DNA of 64,000 nucleotides from an uncultured Muribaculaceae bacterium (GTDB lineage Bacteria > Bacteroidota > Bacteroidia > Bacteroidales > UBA932), in assembly GCA_964600385.1 (NCBI GenBank), contig CAZRJC010000006.1, positions 33,323 through 97,322 of the forward strand. The letters are read 5' to 3'. Under the pieces are notes generated by a model that did no database searches, had not been told where the DNA came from, and saw nothing but the letters and a program-made list of their open reading frames with translations. Position 1 is the first letter of the stretch, and every line of letters starts with the position of its first letter. Positions 1-12,476 of this stretch are shown piece after piece. A program made the translations under genes and the position numbers.

Positions 1-673
1 AGTCGTCTATAATCCCAAATGGCATAAGGGTGTTGTGGGAATTGTGGCTTCCAGGCTGGTTGAGAATTACTACCGTCCTACCGTAGTTCTTACGCAGTCT
101 AACGGTTTTATTACCGGCTCGGCCAGGAGTATTCCGGGCTTCGATCTGTATGAAGCCATAGAGAGCTGCAGCGACCTGCTGGAAAATTTTGGCGGGCACA
201 TGTACGCCGCCGGCCTCACAATGAGCGAAGGGCATTACGATGAATTTTGCCGGCGCTTTGAAGCCATCGTCGCCGAAAAGGTATCTAACGAAATGCTTAC
301 TCCGCTGGTGAGCATAGACACGTACCTCGATTTCAAACAGATCACGCCCAAGTTTTTCCGCCTGCTCAAACAATTCCAGCCTTTCGGCCCGGGAAACCTT
401 TCACCGGTTTTTGTTACCGAGAATGTTTACGATAACGGGAACGGCAGGAAAGTGGGGACCGACTCGGGACATCTCAAACTGGAATTGATTCAGGAAGAAG
501 AACCATACAGGACCATATCGGCTATAGCCTTTAATCAGAGCGAGCATTTTGAGCATATGCACAACGGCAATCCGGTGGATATATGTTATTCGGTAGCCGA
601 AAACTATTACCGTGGGATTGCGAATATTCAGCTTCGCATTAAGGATATCAAGAAAAGAGATGAGATAGTATAG
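1..673 (+). CDS. recJ: Single-stranded-DNA-specific exonuclease RecJ, C-terminal part (5' end lies upstream of the window)
   Basis: ORF 35..673 stays open in the same frame back to base 2 (..VVYNPKWHKGVVGIVASRLVE..). WHKGVVGIVASRL and FGGHxxAAGL are typical of the RecJ DHHA1/C-terminal region. Confidence 0.85.
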   Translation, partial: VVYNPKWHKGVVGIVASRLVENYYRPTVVLTQSNGFITGSARSIPGFDLYEAIESCSDLLENFGGHMYAAGLTMSEGHYDEFCRRFEAIVAEKVSNEMLTPLVSIDTYLDFKQITPKFFRLLKQFQPFGPGNLSPVFVTENVYDNGNGRKVGTDSGHLKLELIQEEEPYRTISAIAFNQSEHFEHMHNGNPVDICYSVAENYYRGIANIQLRIKDIKKRDEIV

Positions 674-679
674 TCTCTG

Positions 680-3340
680 TTACAGAAGAGTCATCTGTAC
701 GGCATCCTCATCGTGAAATTCAATGGGATCATCCGGTCCTGAAGAGGCAGACCCTTCGGATACCGGTCCGTCCAGTTCAAATTCAAGATCTTCACCCTGG
801 TCTTCGTTTTGGATTTCTTCTTCTTTTACAAGAGGTTCAATAAACTCGATTTTTTCTACCTGGAACGTGGTGATCCGTTTTCCCTTGGCACGAAAACTCT
901 TGTCTCCAATGAATTCAGTGACGTCAATGATCTCGGCAGGCCGTTTTTCATGTTTACCTCCAAAGGTCACACATATTCTGGGGTATAGATCCTGTGAAAG
1001 TGCCACAAGATAGGAATCGGGAGAATCTCCAATAAAAGATTGCGTCTGTCCCTCGGATATCTCAAAACGAAAACGTTTCAGATAGAACGCTTTCGCTTCA
1101 CCCTCATAATATAAGGCGCTGAAAATTTTATCAGTGTCGAGTTTTTCTATGTGAAGCAATTCTTCCTGGTAACGGTTACTCAGGTCGTAGTTGGTTGTAT
1201 AGAAAGTTCCCTTGCGGTTGACGGCCAGAATACTTTCTCCGTTGGTGAACTCACCCAGAAAGATGCCGCGTTCGTCTGCCGAGAGCCTTTGAATGTCTGC
1301 GTCGAACCATATTTTCTGGCCTCCGAGGGTGGAGATGCCCTTGTCTTTCAGGGTAATTTTCTGGACTGCATAACGGCTAAGCATATTTCCCCGGCTGGAC
1401 CGTCCCTTGATGGCCAGTTGCTGGAAGGAATACTCGAAAATAAGTTTCTTCAGTTTAGGCCTGGCCTTAAGGAATATTTTTATGATCTCGGCCTCTCCGT
1501 TGGGATTGGCAGTGAACCAGAGCACCTGTGAACCTTCCCTGCCCTGTGTCAGGTCATACTCTTTGTCGCGCGTCACTCCGCTTACGGGGAAACGTTTTAC
1601 GAAAACATTACCGTTCCTGCCGTCGCGATATGCTGCGTTATAGATGGTACGGTTGTCTTTTTTCTTGAAAATCCCGGCATATATAATGTCTTTGCCTACG
1701 TAGAGCTTATCGGCGATCTTGCGTACGGAATAGGTGCCGTTGCGAAGAAATACAATTACTTCATCCAGATCGGAGCAGTCGCACACGTATTCCGCTTTTT
1801 CGTCTTTCTTCAAATCTGTGCCCACAAAGCCTTCTTCTTTGTTTACGTACAGTTTGCTGTTGGCAATGATCACCTTGGCGGCCTCTATGGTCTCGAATCC
1901 GGAAATTTCTGTTCTGCGCGGGAACCGGTCACCGTATTTTTTCTTCAGCCGGAGGAAATAATCTATGGTATATTCTGTCAGGTGGGACAGGTTGTATTCA
2001 ACGCTGTTCATCTCCTCGTCCAGCGCCTTAATATGTTCCTCGGCTTTCTTAATGTCAAACTTTGAAATTTTCCTTACCGGTTTTTCTACCAGACGGTTCA
2101 CATCTTCTGTCAGTATGGGCCGGCGGAGTCTGTCCTGGAATACAATCAATGCCCCGTAAACGTCTTTGAGTTGGTTCTCCCATGTCCTGGCATCGTTTTC
2201 CAAGGTTCTGTAGACTTTCTCTTCAAAAAAGATTTTTTCCAGGGAGGAAAAATGCCACTCGTCTTCCAGTTCGGCCATGCGGATCTCCAATTCCATTTTC
2301 AGCAGGGAACGGGTACGTTCCGTATTGTAACGAAGAATTTCCTCGACGCTCACAATACAGGGTTTCCCGTCGGCAATGACACATGTATCGGGCGAAATGC
2401 TTACTTCGCACTTTGTAAAGGCATAGAGGGCGTCTATTGTTTTATCGGGTGATACATCGTTGGCCAGGTGGATAAGAATCTCCACATTTGCTGCCGTGTT
2501 GTCATCTATTTTACGAATCTTGATCTTCCCTTTATCATTGGCCTGAATTATGGATTTTATGACCGATTCGGTATTTTGTCCGTAAGGGATCTCGGTTAGG
2601 GCAAGCGTTTTCTTATCAACTTTCGTGATCCGTGCTCTGACTTTTACTTTGCTGGATTTTCCTCCAACTCCTCCGTTATAGCTCGAGCAATCCACCAGCC
2701 CTCCGGTCATGAAGTCTGGGTAGAGCACAAACTCTTCTCCTCTCAGGTATTTAACCGAGGCATCGAGTAATTCGTTGAAATTGTGGGGAAGGATCTTTGT
2801 GGCCAGTCCCACGGCAATACCTTCGGCTCCCTGTGCAAGAAGAAGCGGAAATTTAACGGGAAGGGCCTCGGGCTCCTGGTTACGTCCGTCATAGGAAGGT
2901 ACCCATGCAGTGGTTTTGGGATTGAAGACCACATCGAGGGCAAATTTGCTCAGGCGTGCCTCAATATACCTGGGTGCAGCGGCTGAGTCTCCGGTAAGAA
3001 TATTACCCCAGTTTCCCTGAGTGTCAATGAGCAATTCTTTCTGTCCAAGCTGAACCAGAGCATCCCCAATGGACGCATCTCCGTGAGGATGGAATTGCAT
3101 TGTATGGCCTATGATATTGGCTACCTTGTTATAACGGCCGTCTTCCATCCGCTTCATGGAGTGGAGAATACGCCGCTGTACCGGTTTGAGCCCGTCTGTA
3201 ATGTGCGGGACGGCGCGCTCGAGGATCACATAGGACGAGTATTCCAGATACCAGTCTTTGTACATCCCGGTAAGCCTGTACTTTTTATCTCCCTCTTCGC
3301 TTAAAATTCTGAGATACCTCAGCTGGTCTTCACTCATCAT
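680..3340 (-). CDS. parC: DNA topoisomerase IV subunit A (GyrA/ParC family)
   Basis: 886-aa ORF with the type IIA breakage-reunion region (ERAVPHITDGLKPVQRRILHSM; catalytic-Tyr segment AAPRYIEARLS). It lies 6 nt downstream of a GyrB/ParE-family gene. The family call is firm; parC versus gyrA is inferred from the partner gene and is less certain. Confidence 0.8.
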   Translation of the reverse strand: MMSEDQLRYLRILSEEGDKKYRLTGMYKDWYLEYSSYVILERAVPHITDGLKPVQRRILHSMKRMEDGRYNKVANIIGHTMQFHPHGDASIGDALVQLGQKELLIDTQGNWGNILTGDSAAAPRYIEARLSKFALDVVFNPKTTAWVPSYDGRNQEPEALPVKFPLLLAQGAEGIAVGLATKILPHNFNELLDASVKYLRGEEFVLYPDFMTGGLVDCSSYNGGVGGKSSKVKVRARITKVDKKTLALTEIPYGQNTESVIKSIIQANDKGKIKIRKIDDNTAANVEILIHLANDVSPDKTIDALYAFTKCEVSISPDTCVIADGKPCIVSVEEILRYNTERTRSLLKMELEIRMAELEDEWHFSSLEKIFFEEKVYRTLENDARTWENQLKDVYGALIVFQDRLRRPILTEDVNRLVEKPVRKISKFDIKKAEEHIKALDEEMNSVEYNLSHLTEYTIDYFLRLKKKYGDRFPRRTEISGFETIEAAKVIIANSKLYVNKEEGFVGTDLKKDEKAEYVCDCSDLDEVIVFLRNGTYSVRKIADKLYVGKDIIYAGIFKKKDNRTIYNAAYRDGRNGNVFVKRFPVSGVTRDKEYDLTQGREGSQVLWFTANPNGEAEIIKIFLKARPKLKKLIFEYSFQQLAIKGRSSRGNMLSRYAVQKITLKDKGISTLGGQKIWFDADIQRLSADERGIFLGEFTNGESILAVNRKGTFYTTNYDLSNRYQEELLHIEKLDTDKIFSALYYEGEAKAFYLKRFRFEISEGQTQSFIGDSPDSYLVALSQDLYPRICVTFGGKHEKRPAEIIDVTEFIGDKSFRAKGKRITTFQVEKIEFIEPLVKEEEIQNEDQGEDLEFELDGPVSEGSASSGPDDPIEFHDEDAVQMTLL

Positions 3341-3346
3341 AATGGC

Positions 3347-5182
3347 CTAATCTCCCACCATCCTTAAATTGTTAACAATGAATTCCCTTCTTTCCGGAGT
3401 GTTGTCTCCCATGTAGAATCGCAGGAGTTCGGACAGCCTGTCGTCTTTGTCCAGTCCGACTTTGTCAAGGCGAATGTTTTCGCCAATGAATTCCTTAAAC
3501 TCATCGGGGGATATCTCGCCCAACCCTTTAAAACGTGTTATCTCGGGGTTAGGCCCCAGTTCCGCGATGGCTTTATCTTTTTCAGGATCGGAGTAACAGT
3601 ACCTCGTTTCTTTTTTGTTTCGTACCCTGAAAAGAGGCGTCTGAAGTATATAAATGTGGCCGTGCCTTACCAGCTCGGGAAAGAACTGAAGGAAAAAGCT
3701 AAGCAACAGCATTCTGATATGCATCCCGTCGGGGTCGGCATCTGTGGCTATGATAATCTTATTATAGCGCAGGTTGTCCAGATCGTCTTCTATATTAAGT
3801 GCCGCCTGGAGCAGATTGAATTCTTCGTTGGTATACACCACCTGCTTGGTGAGTCCGAATGTGTTCTCCGGTTTTCCCCGCAGGCTGAATACTGCCTGGA
3901 GGTTGGGATTCCTGCTTTTTGTTATGGATCCGCTTGCCGAATCGCCTTCGGTAATGAAGATCATGGTCTGGTCCGCATCGGCATGTTTGTCCGTGAAATG
4001 AATACGGCAATCTCTCAGCTTCCTGTTATGCAGGCTTATCTTGCGGGCATTTTCCTTTGCTTTTTTGCGCACTATGCCCACGGCCTTGCGTTCCTTCTCG
4101 TTCTCAATGATCTTTTTAAGCAGGATCTCAGCGGTGGCAGGGTTCTTATGCAGGTAATTGTCCAGTTGCTCTTTTACAAAGTCACCAATAAAGCTTCTGA
4201 TGGAAGGTCCTCCGGGCCCTATTTCCTTGGAATCGAGTATGGTCTTTGTCTGGTTGGCGAATTTGGGTTCTATCAGCCTAATGCTAATGGCGCCCACAAT
4301 GGACTGACGCACATCGGACGGTTCAAAATCGCGTTTATAAAATTCTTTGATGGTACGTGCAATGGCCTCACGGAATACCGAAAGGTGTATGCCTCCCTGC
4401 GAAGTATTCTGCCCGTTGGCAAAAGACATGATGCTTTCGCCGGTGTCGTTGGAATGGGTGATTACCATTTCGATGTCGGTCCCGGAAAGATGGATTGGCT
4501 GGTACAGGGGTTCTTCAGATAAACTGTCGTTCACCAGGTCGAGGAGCCCGTTTCTGGAAACATAATCGGTACCGTTCAGCTGCAGTTTGAGCCCTTTGTT
4601 CAGGTAGGCATAATGCTTGAGCATCTGCTCAATGAATTCTGCATGAATGGTATATTTGGGAAACAGTTCCGGATCGGGAGAAAAACTGACCAGCGTACCG
4701 TTCTTTTCGGAAGGGATTTCTTTTTCTCCTTCTTCCAGGAGAATCCCCTTGGAAAACCGTCCATATTTGCTTTTACCGTCGCGGAACGATTCTATGTAAA
4801 ACGATGTGGACATGGCATTTACAGCCTTCAGACCAACACCGTTAAGACCTACGGATTTCTGGAAAGCCTCATTGTCGTACTTGGCCCCTGTATTCATCTT
4901 GTTGGCGGAATCGATAACCTTACCGAAAGGTATGCCACGTCCGTAATCCCTGACGGAAATCAGGTAATTCTCTATGGTAACGGTAATACACCGGCCGTTA
5001 CCCATGGCAAATTCATCAATTGAATTATCTATGACTTCTTTGATAAGTACATACAGGCCGTCATCGGGAGTGCTCCCGTCTCCGGATTTTCCTATATACA
5101 TTCCAGGGCGCAGGCGAATGTGCTTATTCCACTCCAGTGTCTGGAAATTCTCTTCTGTATAAGTATTGGCAGGATTAGGCAT
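3347..5182 (-). CDS. parE: DNA topoisomerase IV subunit B (GyrB/ParE family)
   Basis: GHKL ATPase motifs (LIKEVIDNSIDE, GLNGVG) and Toprim motifs (ITEGDSASG, IATDADPDGMHI). Start moved from 5263 to ATG 5182 (MPNPANTYTEE..) because a TAnnTTTG box lies inside the 27-codon upstream extension. Confidence 0.85.
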   Translation of the reverse strand: MPNPANTYTEENFQTLEWNKHIRLRPGMYIGKSGDGSTPDDGLYVLIKEVIDNSIDEFAMGNGRCITVTIENYLISVRDYGRGIPFGKVIDSANKMNTGAKYDNEAFQKSVGLNGVGLKAVNAMSTSFYIESFRDGKSKYGRFSKGILLEEGEKEIPSEKNGTLVSFSPDPELFPKYTIHAEFIEQMLKHYAYLNKGLKLQLNGTDYVSRNGLLDLVNDSLSEEPLYQPIHLSGTDIEMVITHSNDTGESIMSFANGQNTSQGGIHLSVFREAIARTIKEFYKRDFEPSDVRQSIVGAISIRLIEPKFANQTKTILDSKEIGPGGPSIRSFIGDFVKEQLDNYLHKNPATAEILLKKIIENEKERKAVGIVRKKAKENARKISLHNRKLRDCRIHFTDKHADADQTMIFITEGDSASGSITKSRNPNLQAVFSLRGKPENTFGLTKQVVYTNEEFNLLQAALNIEDDLDNLRYNKIIIATDADPDGMHIRMLLLSFFLQFFPELVRHGHIYILQTPLFRVRNKKETRYCYSDPEKDKAIAELGPNPEITRFKGLGEISPDEFKEFIGENIRLDKVGLDKDDRLSELLRFYMGDNTPERREFIVNNLRMVGD

Positions 5183-5190
5183 ACGGGGCA

Positions 5191-5198
5191 CAAAGATA
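5191..5198 (-). promoter_or_regulatory. Bacteroidota -7 promoter box TAtcTTTG for parE-parC
   Basis: Plus strand reads caaagata, which is TATCTTTG on the minus strand. The box ends 9 nt upstream of the parE ATG at 5182. Confidence 0.5.
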
Positions 5199-5247
5199 AA
5201 AAAAAGTGGGCCGAGTGCAAATTTCTTGATGGTCATAAAAGATATAC

Positions 5248-5255
5248 TATCTTTG
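5248..5255 (+). promoter_or_regulatory. Bacteroidota -7 promoter box TAtcTTTG for the atp operon
   Basis: tatctttg ends 27 nt upstream of the atpD ATG (5282), in the 100-nt divergent gap parE/atpD. Confidence 0.5.
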
Positions 5256-5275
5256 CAGTCCATTTTACATTATAA

Positions 5276-7039
<1,764 letters not shown>

Positions 7040-7040
<1 letters not shown>

Positions 7041-7426
7041 TGAAAAAGAAATTTTTACTGATACTTATCATATTCATATTGGCCATAGGCGGTGGATGGG
7101 GATTACTCATATATTATTTTATTCCACAGTGGTGGTTTGCTGCTTATCCAGTCATCCCGGGGACCTTCCTTTTGATTGGTTTGCTGGAGATCTTTCTGCT
7201 GCACAAGAGAGGCGGTAACGGGCACAAAGTGCTTAACACAATGCTAATACAACGTCTCATACGCTGGGGTATTGTATTGACTGTACTCATACTACTCATT
7301 AAAATGGCACAGCCTCCCAGGGCCTCTTTTATAGTAAGCTTTATGATGATGTATATGATATATTCGGTCATTGAAATTGTTTTTGTATCAAAGATTGTAA
7401 AGAAAAAAGATGCGAAGGGCGAGTAG
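7040..7426 (+). CDS. Small 4-TM membrane protein in the AtpI/AtpZ slot of the atp operon
   Basis: 128 aa with four hydrophobic segments. The ATG at 7040 shares one base with the atpC stop (TGATG). The only functional hint is its position between atpC and atpB. Confidence 0.6.
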
Positions 7427-8510
7427 AATATATGCATGGGTGCTTTTATGCCTTTTTCTTGTCTCCGGGCAATCTTTGCTCGCAGGGGAAAAGAAAGAGA
7501 GACCTCCAGTAGATGTGAAAGAGCTTATCATGGGGCATCTGAAGGATACCTATGAATGGCATTTCTTTACCGTAGGCGAGAAAGAGATTGTGCTGCATCT
7601 TCCCGTTATTGTTCGCAGCCGTGAAAGGGGATGGTTTGTATTCATGTCGTCCCGGTTGGAGGAGCAGCCTGAGTACAAGGGTTTTTATTATGCTTCTGAA
7701 GGAATTTCCGAAGGCAAGATCGTGGAGCGGAACTCGGCCGGTAAAGAGGTGCGTCCCTTTGATATTTCCATAACAAAGGACGTTCTGGCCCTGCTTGTTG
7801 CCTGTGGACTGATGATATGGATTGTCCTGAGTACAGCGGCATGGTATAAGAAAAGAGATGCCGGGGGAACAGAAGACGAAGTGCCCGGGGGCTTTAAAGG
7901 ATTTATGGAACTGTTCATTATGGATGTGCACGATAGCATCATCAAGAAATGCATTGGGAAAGATTACAGAAGATATGCCCCTTACCTGCTGACCGCCTTC
8001 TTTTTTATTTTCTTTAACAATGTTCTTGGACTGATCCCCATTTTCCCCGAGGGTGCAAACCTTACCGGAAATATAGCCGTTACACTTGTTTTGGCACTTT
8101 GTACTTTCATTGCTGTGAATGTTTTCGGAAACAAGGCTTACTGGAAAGATATCCTGTGGCCCGATGTTCCGGTATTCCTTAAAGCTCCGCTTCCCATAAT
8201 GCCACTTATTGAGTTTTTTGGAATCCTTACTAAACCAATGGCCCTTACCATTCGTCTTTTTGCGAATATTTTTGCAGGGCATTGCATAATACTGGCACTA
8301 TCTTCTCTTATTTTTCTGACCGTTGCCATGGGGCCGGTTATTAACGGCTCAATGTCGGTAGTCTCGGTTTTGTTTTCCGTTTTCATGTTGTGTCTGGAAT
8401 TACTGGTAGCCTATATCCAGGCTTATGTATTTACCATGCTCTCGGCTGTATTCATTGGTATGTCCCGTCAGGAGCATCACGGAGAAAAATCGGTGAAAAT
8501 TACTAAATAA
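7410..8510 (+). CDS. atpB: F-type ATP synthase F0 subunit a
   Basis: 366 aa. The C-terminal half carries subunit-a blocks, including LTIRLFANIFAGH with the essential Arg. There is a long N-terminal extension with a signal-like segment. Confidence 0.9.
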   Translation: MRRASRIYAWVLLCLFLVSGQSLLAGEKKERPPVDVKELIMGHLKDTYEWHFFTVGEKEIVLHLPVIVRSRERGWFVFMSSRLEEQPEYKGFYYASEGISEGKIVERNSAGKEVRPFDISITKDVLALLVACGLMIWIVLSTAAWYKKRDAGGTEDEVPGGFKGFMELFIMDVHDSIIKKCIGKDYRRYAPYLLTAFFFIFFNNVLGLIPIFPEGANLTGNIAVTLVLALCTFIAVNVFGNKAYWKDILWPDVPVFLKAPLPIMPLIEFFGILTKPMALTIRLFANIFAGHCIILALSSLIFLTVAMGPVINGSMSVVSVLFSVFMLCLELLVAYIQAYVFTMLSAVFIGMSRQEHHGEKSVKITK

Positions 8511-8547
8511 AAACTTAATAATTAACAACTTATAAAATTTTATCTTT

Positions 8548-8802
8548 ATGTTACTTTTTACTATGTTACAGGCAACAGTTGCCGGTGCAGATTTTGCCAA
8601 AATAGGTGCCGTCCTGGCTGCAGCCATTGTCGTGGTTGGTGCTTCTTATGGTATTAGCAAGATTGGTAGCTCTGCTATGGAAGCTATTGCCCGTCAGCCA
8701 GAAGCTGCGGACGGTATCCGTATGTCTATGATCATCATTGGTGCTTTGGTGGAAGGTGTTTCTCTTTTTGCCATCATTGTTTGTCTTTTGGTAGCCCTTT
8801 AG
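8548..8802 (+). CDS. atpE: F-type ATP synthase F0 subunit c
   Basis: 84-aa helical-hairpin proteolipid with an ARQPE loop and a helix-2 carboxylate (ALVEGVSLF). Confidence 0.92.
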   Translation: MLLFTMLQATVAGADFAKIGAVLAAAIVVVGASYGISKIGSSAMEAIARQPEAADGIRMSMIIIGALVEGVSLFAIIVCLLVAL

Positions 8803-8815
8803 CCGATCTGCCGTT

Positions 8816-9316
8816 ATGGACCTGATGATACCGGATTCAGGACTGTTGTTCTGGATGTTCATATCGTTTGCGATTCTTTTCTTTATCCTGGCCAAATTTG
8901 GCTGGCCTGTTATCACCGGCATGGTGGAACGGCGTAAAGAAAGGATAGAAAAGGCTTTGGCCGAAGCAGCCGAAGCCCGCAAGCTTTTGGCCACTTTTAA
9001 GCAACAAGGTGACGAATTGCTACAGGCAGCTCAGGATGAACAAGCAAAGATGATGGCACAGACGGCTGAATTACGCAATCAAATAATAAATGAGGCGAGA
9101 GAGACTGCGGCTGCCGAAGGCCGGAAGATGCTGGGACAGGCCAGAACCCGGATTACTGAGGAAAAGGAAGCCGCCATGCAGGAGTTGCGGATTTACGTAG
9201 CATCCCTTTCCGTTGACGTGGCCGAGAAAATCCTTCGTCAGCAACTGGATTCCGGAGCCAAACAAACCGATCTGATTAACCGGCTGATTGATGATACTGT
9301 TAAACCAAGGGCGTAG
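8816..9316 (+). CDS. atpF: F-type ATP synthase F0 subunit b
   Basis: 166 aa; one N-terminal TM helix followed by a long charged Ala/Glu/Lys-rich helix; operon position. Confidence 0.88.
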   Translation: MDLMIPDSGLLFWMFISFAILFFILAKFGWPVITGMVERRKERIEKALAEAAEARKLLATFKQQGDELLQAAQDEQAKMMAQTAELRNQIINEARETAAAEGRKMLGQARTRITEEKEAAMQELRIYVASLSVDVAEKILRQQLDSGAKQTDLINRLIDDTVKPRA

Positions 9317-9322
9317 TATACT

Positions 9323-9883
9323 ATGAATACAGGTCTTATTGCTGCCAGGTATGCGCGTGCTTTGCTGGATTTTGCCAATACAAAGGGCGAAGCACACAGC
9401 GTATATCTCAGGATGAAGATCCTGGCCGATCATTACCTGCAATTGCCCAACTTGAAAAAGACAGTTGAAAACAGGGTTATTCCGTCTTCACAGCGGATTG
9501 CTCTGCTATTACAGGCCTCTTTGGCTGACCAGGGAAATGAAGATGCCGCCGGTGAAATCCTTTCCCGGTTCTTTGAACTTGTTTTGGTGCGAAAACGTGA
9601 GGACTTAATGTGTTCTGTATGTTTTCAGTATATGGACCTGTTCAGGAAAGCAAACCGCATGGTGTGCGGAGTACTCACAACGGCAGTTCCTGTTGATGAG
9701 CAGGTTACCGCCCGGTTAAAACAGCTGATTGCCCGCGACGGAGCCCGTGATGTGGAATTGGAGGTAAGGCAGGATCCGGCGATCATAGGAGGATTTACCC
9801 TGGAGATAGATATGAATATTTTGGATGCCTCGGTGGCAGCCCGTTTGAAAAAGGTTCGGAAGGTATTGGGAATTGTTAAATAA
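9323..9883 (+). CDS. atpH: F-type ATP synthase F1 subunit delta (OSCP)
   Basis: 186 aa; ARYARAL start and C-terminal IIGGFTLEIDMNILDASV block typical of the delta/OSCP family. Confidence 0.88.
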   Translation: MNTGLIAARYARALLDFANTKGEAHSVYLRMKILADHYLQLPNLKKTVENRVIPSSQRIALLLQASLADQGNEDAAGEILSRFFELVLVRKREDLMCSVCFQYMDLFRKANRMVCGVLTTAVPVDEQVTARLKQLIARDGARDVELEVRQDPAIIGGFTLEIDMNILDASVAARLKKVRKVLGIVK

Positions 9884-9895
9884 AGGAAGATAAAT

Positions 9896-11470
9896 ATGTC
9901 AGAGATCATTAAACCGGCAGAAGTCTCCGAAGTGTTGCGGATGCAACTGGCAGGGCTGGACAACAGTGTGGAATTTGAGGAAAAAGGTTTTGTTCTCCAG
10001 GTGAGCGACGGTGTGGTCCGTATTTACGGATTGTTCCATGCCGAGGCGAATGAACTGTTGGAGTTTGACAATGGTATGAAAGCCATTGTCATGAACCTCG
10101 AAGAAGATAACGTGGGAGCTGTGTTGCTTGGCGCAACGGATCTCATTAAAGAAGGAGATACCGTAAAGCGTACCGGCCGTATAGCCGGAATATCCGTAAG
10201 TGAAAAAATGATGGGGCGGGTGATAAACCCCCTGGGAGAACCTATTGACGGGAAAGGCATAATTGGAGCGGAGAGTATTGAAATGCCCCTTGAGCGGAAA
10301 GCGCCAGGTGTCATATTCAGGCAGCCTGTGACGGAGCCGCTTCAGACAGGAATTAAAGCAATAGATGCCATGATTCCCATTGGGAGGGGACAGCGTGAAC
10401 TGATAATAGGTGACCGGCAGACGGGAAAGACATCCATTGCCCTGGACACCATTGTTAACCAAAGAAAGAATTACCTGGAAGGGAAACCGGTGTATTGCAT
10501 CTATGTAGCCATTGGGCAAAAAGGTTCTACAATCGCTTCCATTGTGAACGAGCTGGAAACGTACGGAGCCATGGAATATACCGTTATTATAGCCGCTACG
10601 GCAGCTGATCCCGCCGCGCTTCAGTATTTTGCTCCTTTTGCCGGAGCCGCCATAGGGGAGTATTTCCGTGATACGGGACGTCATGCGCTTGTGGTTTACG
10701 ACGACCTGTCCAAACAGGCTGTGGCTTACCGTGAAGTGTCACTGATCCTTCGACGGCCTTCCGGACGTGAAGCTTATCCTGGTGATGTGTTCTACCTTCA
10801 CTCCAGACTTTTGGAAAGAGCCGCCAAAATCATCCAACAGGACGAGGTGGCCTCCCAAATGAACGACCTCCCGGAATCCCTTAAGGGGAAAGTCAGGGGA
10901 GGAGGTTCGCTTACCGCACTGCCGGTGATTGAAACACAGGCAGGTGACGTCTCGGCATACATTCCCACTAACGTGATCTCAATCACAGACGGACAAATTT
11001 TCCTCGATACTGATTTATTCAATCAGGGCAACAGGCCTGCAATTAATGTGGGTATTTCTGTATCTCGCGTAGGGGGTAATGCCCAGTTGAAAGCCATGAA
11101 GAAAGTGGCCGGGACGCTAAAGATTGATCAGGCGCAATTCCGGGAACTGGAGGCTTTTTCACAATTCGGAGGCGATATGGATCCTGTTACGGCTCAGGTT
11201 ATCGATAAAGGACAGAAGAATACAAAGCTTTTGGTACAGAAGCAGTTCAATCCCATGCCGGTTGAGCATCAGATTGCCATTCTGTTCTGTGGTACGCATG
11301 GGCTCCTGAAAAAGATTCCCCTGGACAAAATCCGGATTTTCGAAGAATTATTTCTCCAGACGCTCGAGACAACCTACCGCAGGGAAGTCCTGGATAAACT
11401 CAAACAGGGTATCATTGACAACGATATCATGAGTACGTTAAAACAAGTAGCATTGCAGATTAAACCGTAA
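9896..11470 (+). CDS. atpA: F-type ATP synthase F1 subunit alpha
   Basis: 524 aa; Walker [10 protein letters not shown] and conserved alpha blocks ([21 protein letters not shown]). Confidence 0.97.
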   Translation: MSEIIKPAEVSEVLRMQLAGLDNSVEFEEKGFVLQVSDGVVRIYGLFHAEANELLEFDNGMKAIVMNLEEDNVGAVLLGATDLIKEGDTVKRTGRIAGISVSEKMMGRVINPLGEPIDGKGIIGAESIEMPLERKAPGVIFRQPVTEPLQTGIKAIDAMIPIGRGQRELIIGDRQTGKTSIALDTIVNQRKNYLEGKPVYCIYVAIGQKGSTIASIVNELETYGAMEYTVIIAATAADPAALQYFAPFAGAAIGEYFRDTGRHALVVYDDLSKQAVAYREVSLILRRPSGREAYPGDVFYLHSRLLERAAKIIQQDEVASQMNDLPESLKGKVRGGGSLTALPVIETQAGDVSAYIPTNVISITDGQIFLDTDLFNQGNRPAINVGISVSRVGGNAQLKAMKKVAGTLKIDQAQFRELEAFSQFGGDMDPVTAQVIDKGQKNTKLLVQKQFNPMPVEHQIAILFCGTHGLLKKIPLDKIRIFEELFLQTLETTYRREVLDKLKQGIIDNDIMSTLKQVALQIKP

Positions 11471-11474
11471 GCGT

Positions 11475-12458
11475 ATGTCATCGCTTAAAGAAGTTAAAAG
11501 ACGGATCAATTCCATAAAAAGCACCCGGAAGATCACCTCTGCCATGCAGATGGTCTCCTCTGCCAAATTGCATCAGGCACAGACGGCCCTTACCGATATG
11601 TTGCCTTATGAAGAACGTCTGCATTATATGCTGGTTTCATTTATTCATGAAGAGAAATACCTTCATTCACACGGTTATCCCGGAGGACTTGTGCCTCTCA
11701 GGCAATCTCCCTATGTTCAGTTAAGGGATATCAAAAAGGTCGCAATCATTGTGATTGCTTCCAACACAGGTCTTTGCGGAGCCTATAACGAACACATGGA
11801 GAAATACCTCTATTCCGTTTTAAAGGAATATGAACATATTTCGCTGTCCGACATTACCATTTATCCTATTGGGCAAAAAATTGCCAATGTGGCGCTTTCT
11901 ACCGGATGCAATGTCTGCCAGTATTTCATAGATATGGCTACTGATCCTACATACGAGTCGTGTTCCCGTCTTTCAAGAAAACTGGGCATAGAATATATGA
12001 GGGGCTCGGTAGATAAAGTGGAGTTGCTCTATCACCATTTTAAAAATATAGGGGTACAACAATTAAGAAGAGAACGGTTTCTCCCGTTTGACTATGAGAG
12101 CGTCAAGGAGACCAATCCTTCCTATGGGCGCGAATTAAAAGGCAAAGGGGGACTGGTTGTGCCTCAGGAAACTTTTTCACCTCAGGAACAGGATCCTGAA
12201 TATTACTGTGGATATCTCCTGGAACCATCCAGGCAGGAACTGATAGACTATCTGCTGCCCAATGTATTGCGTTTTCAGCTTTTCAGATCTATTCTGGATT
12301 CCAACGCTTCTGAACATGCGGCGCGTACCATGGCGATGAAGATTGCTACAGACAATGCAGATGATCTTATTGATGATCTGACCGTCCAGTACAACAAGAG
12401 CCGTCAGCAGGCCATTACAAACGAATTACTGGATATTGCCGGAGGTACCATGAAGTAA
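11475..12458 (+). CDS. atpG: F-type ATP synthase F1 subunit gamma (with an enlarged internal loop)
   Basis: 327 aa; the N-terminal (KRRINSIKSTRKITSAMQMVSSAKL) and C-terminal (ASEHAARTMAMKIATDNADDLI..QYNKSRQQAITNELLDI) helices of gamma. Confidence 0.93.
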   Translation: MSSLKEVKRRINSIKSTRKITSAMQMVSSAKLHQAQTALTDMLPYEERLHYMLVSFIHEEKYLHSHGYPGGLVPLRQSPYVQLRDIKKVAIIVIASNTGLCGAYNEHMEKYLYSVLKEYEHISLSDITIYPIGQKIANVALSTGCNVCQYFIDMATDPTYESCSRLSRKLGIEYMRGSVDKVELLYHHFKNIGVQQLRRERFLPFDYESVKETNPSYGRELKGKGGLVVPQETFSPQEQDPEYYCGYLLEPSRQELIDYLLPNVLRFQLFRSILDSNASEHAARTMAMKIATDNADDLIDDLTVQYNKSRQQAITNELLDIAGGTMK

Positions 12459-12476
12459 ACACTAATTTATATTAAA

